Virus record (IMG/VR): IMGVR_UViG_3300045988_168222
Coordinates: 1-17,649 of that record
Origin: a virus
Length of the DNA: 17,649 bases
Strand: one strand, 5' to 3'
Part shown: piece by piece, positions 16,440 to 17,649 of the stretch
How positions within the stretch are numbered: the stretch's first letter is position 1
Layout of the letters: each line of letters opens with the position of its first letter
Program-made: the position numbers and the translations under genes
Notes under the pieces: model-generated
What the model saw: only the letters and a program-made list of their open reading frames with translations
The model's database searches: none
Told to the model about the DNA's origin: nothing

Positions 16440-16622
16440 TTAAGAGTTTAGAAGTTTTTCAATTTCGTCAGCTGATTCCACTTTAGATTCTTTTTCTTTT
16501 GGTTTTTCCTCTTTTGGTTGTTCATCGTCTTTTTTTTCTGTTGTAGATTGTTCAACAACTGAAAGACGTGCCATGATTTCATCTAAAGCTGATTTTAGTT
16601 CGTCTTTTGAATTGATTTCCAT
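16440..16622 (-). CDS. Highly acidic 60-aa protein, first gene of the late operon
   Basis: The sequence ...EKKDDEQPKEEKPKEKESKVESADEIEKLL is very Glu/Lys/Asp-rich. RBS GAAAGGAG precedes the start. Confidence 0.45.
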   Translation of the reverse strand: MEINSKDELKSALDEIMARLSVVEQSTTEKKDDEQPKEEKPKEKESKVESADEIEKLLNS

Positions 16623-16728
16623 TTTTAAAAACTCCTTTCTAAAAACATAAAATGTAGCACAATATAATTAATCATACTATCATGTGTTACTTAATTATGT
16701 TTTAATATTGTACTAATTTTATAATCTA

Positions 16729-16757
16729 ATTATAATAAAAAAAGAACCTAAAGTCAA
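16729..16757 (-). promoter_or_regulatory. Late-operon promoter, consensus TTGACT-17-TATAAT on the minus strand
   Basis: -35 TTGACT is the reverse complement of plus 16752-16757. The spacer is 17 nt. -10 TATAAT is the reverse complement of plus 16729-16734. The -35 lies in the loop of the right-early terminator. Confidence 0.65.
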
Positions 16758-16766
16758 TAGGTTCAG
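16733..16766 (-). terminator. Rho-independent terminator of the right early operon
   Basis: Minus-strand hairpin GAACCTA-ttgactt-TAGGTTC followed by TTTTTTTATTATA. Confidence 0.65.
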
Positions 16767-16885
16767 TGGTTAATAATTTTAAGTGTATACTTTTCGCACT
16801 TCATACATTTATATATATTTTTATCTTTTATTTTAAAAATCTCATATACTTTACAAACAGGGCAATAGTGTTGTGTTAATATGTT

Positions 16886-17017
16886 TTATTCCTCCTTATC
16901 CAATAAAATAAAATAAGTTGATATAATTAAGCTAATTGCGAAGAATTGGTAAACTGGTGAAGATGCTGCGATGCAAGCCATAGCGAAAGCTAGTCCGAAT
17001 AGAGTTAGTGTTAACAT
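16886..17017 (-). CDS. Small hydrophobic membrane peptide (43 aa; not in the supplied ORF track)
   Basis: MLTLTLFGLAFAMACIAASSPVYQFFAISLIISTYFILLDKEE gives one or two transmembrane spans. RBS AAGGAGCAAAAACATG precedes the start. Confidence 0.45.
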   Translation of the reverse strand: MLTLTLFGLAFAMACIAASSPVYQFFAISLIISTYFILLDKEE

Positions 17018-17028
17018 GTTTTTGCTCC

Positions 17029-17190
17029 TTATTTGATTAGTGATATTTTGATATTATCTATATGACAGTGTTTGCCTAGATTGTTAACAGTCATCATACA
17101 AGTTTCAAAGTACATGAATTGAGCCTTGACTTTTTCAACACCGTCATTTGTTAATAGGTCATATGTTAGTTGCCATGTTTTATTTTGCAT
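17029..17190 (-). CDS. Hypothetical right-early protein (53 aa; not in the supplied ORF track)
   Basis: RBS AAGGAGTGGAAAGATG precedes the start. The ATG overlaps the upstream TAA (ATGCAAAATAA). Confidence 0.4.
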   Translation of the reverse strand: MQNKTWQLTYDLLTNDGVEKVKAQFMYFETCMMTVNNLGKHCHIDNIKISLIK

Positions 17191-17362
17191 CTTTCCACTC
17201 CTTAAATGTTGATAAAGCTCCGAAAACTACTTTATTATTTAGGTTTACTCTATAAGTACCATTTTCAAATAGTAGTTCCATATACATATCTAGCAATTCA
17301 TCAGGACAAGTGATTACATATGTGTGAATGTCGTTTGGCATATTATATTGTAGTTCATTCAT
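17180..17362 (-). CDS. Hypothetical right-early protein (60 aa)
   Basis: First ORF downstream of the right-end promoter. It shares its leader, RBS and ATGAAT start with the left-end first ORF. Confidence 0.5.
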   Translation of the reverse strand: MNELQYNMPNDIHTYVITCPDELLDMYMELLFENGTYRVNLNNKVVFGALSTFKEWKDAK

Positions 17363-17400
17363 GTTGTTACCAACTTTCTTTATTTCTTATTTACATATAT

Positions 17401-17429
17401 ATTATAGCAAGAGTAGGAAACATAGTCAA
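17401..17429 (-). promoter_or_regulatory. Right early promoter TTGACT-17-TATAAT (minus strand), the ITR-borne twin of 221-249
   Basis: Minus-strand -35 is the reverse complement of plus 17424-17429. -10 is the reverse complement of plus 17401-17406. The operator-like 14-mer at 17432-17445 abuts the -35. Confidence 0.7.
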
Positions 17430-17431
17430 CA

Positions 17432-17445
17432 TGAAAATGTTTTCA
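17432..17445. promoter_or_regulatory. Right-end copy of the operator-like palindrome TGAAAA-TG-TTTTCA
   Basis: Reverse-complement equivalent of 205-218. Confidence 0.5.
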
Positions 17446-17480
17446 GAAAACACTTACATAGATATTTATTTATTAGTTAT

Positions 17481-17498
17481 ATGAAAGCTTGTTTTCAT
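17481..17498. promoter_or_regulatory. Right-end copy of palindrome ATGAAA-gcttgt-TTTCAT
   Basis: Equivalent of 152-169. Confidence 0.4.
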
Positions 17499-17500
17499 TG

Positions 17501-17649
17501 GTGATACATATTAGTTGTAATAAGTCAAGTTGAAAATGTTTTCAGAAAGTGGTTACATTTTATTTGGTGTGCTTGGCACTCAAGTGAGAGAAGTGCTAAG
17601 GAGGGGGGGTGAGGCGAAAAAAAAAAAACGTTATACCAATATTGAATTA
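17501..17649. repeat. Right inverted terminal repeat (perfect part)
   Basis: Reverse complement of nt 1-149. The first mismatch is at the position equivalent to nt 150. Confidence 0.9.
17531..17544. promoter_or_regulatory. Right-end copy of the operator-like palindrome, inside the perfect ITR
   Basis: Equivalent of 106-119. Confidence 0.5.

Noticed and set aside
1-17649. tRNA genes, integrase or repressor lysogeny module, alternative genetic code
   Set aside because: No cloverleaf-capable GC-rich 70-90 nt segments were seen. No tyrosine or serine recombinase signatures were seen. TGG is used for Trp and TGA or TAA as stops, so the standard code applies and the phage appears strictly virulent.

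Overview
This window looks like one complete linear double-stranded DNA phage genome of about 17.6 kb. It is AT-rich and uses the standard genetic code. The first 149 nt are the exact reverse complement of the last 149 nt, and imperfect terminal homology continues to about 290 nt at each end. This is an inverted terminal repeat (ITR) of the kind found on protein-primed podophages related to phi29, C1, Cp-1 and 44AHJD.

A leftward-to-rightward early operon (288-6188, + strand) consists of translationally coupled small genes (stop and start codons overlap as ATGA, TAATG or TTGA), followed by a separately promoted SSB-like gene. It then encodes a phi29 gp16-like packaging ATPase (Walker A TSRGDGKS, Walker B MLYDEF) and a 772-aa protein-primed family-B DNA polymerase (Exo I YADIETF, Exo II FHNGEKFDNHF, motif A DLNSSYP, motif B KVLLNGIYG, motif C YADTDSL, KKY).

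The remaining genes are on the minus strand, read from the right end inward. A short right-early operon of three small ORFs comes first and includes a 43-aa membrane peptide. A late operon follows, with these candidate products: an acidic 60-aa protein, a scaffold-like coiled-coil protein, major capsid, upper and lower collar, three tail or fiber proteins, and a PlyC-type lysis system. The lysis system is a 515-aa PlyCA-like catalytic subunit with a C-terminal CHAP domain, an LL-H-family holin, a 70-aa PlyCB-like wall-binding subunit (YGYRA and NIS..DV motifs), and a NUMOD4+HNH homing-type endonuclease.

Regulatory architecture is readable directly. There are four perfect TTGACT-17-TATAAT promoters: left end, right end, SSB and late. 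The ITRs carry palindromic operator-like sites on TGAAAA/TTTTCA arms. There are five rho-independent terminators. Two of them carry the -35 of the next promoter in their hairpin loop.

I found no integrase or repressor, so the genome appears virulent. I found no tRNA or CRISPR array.
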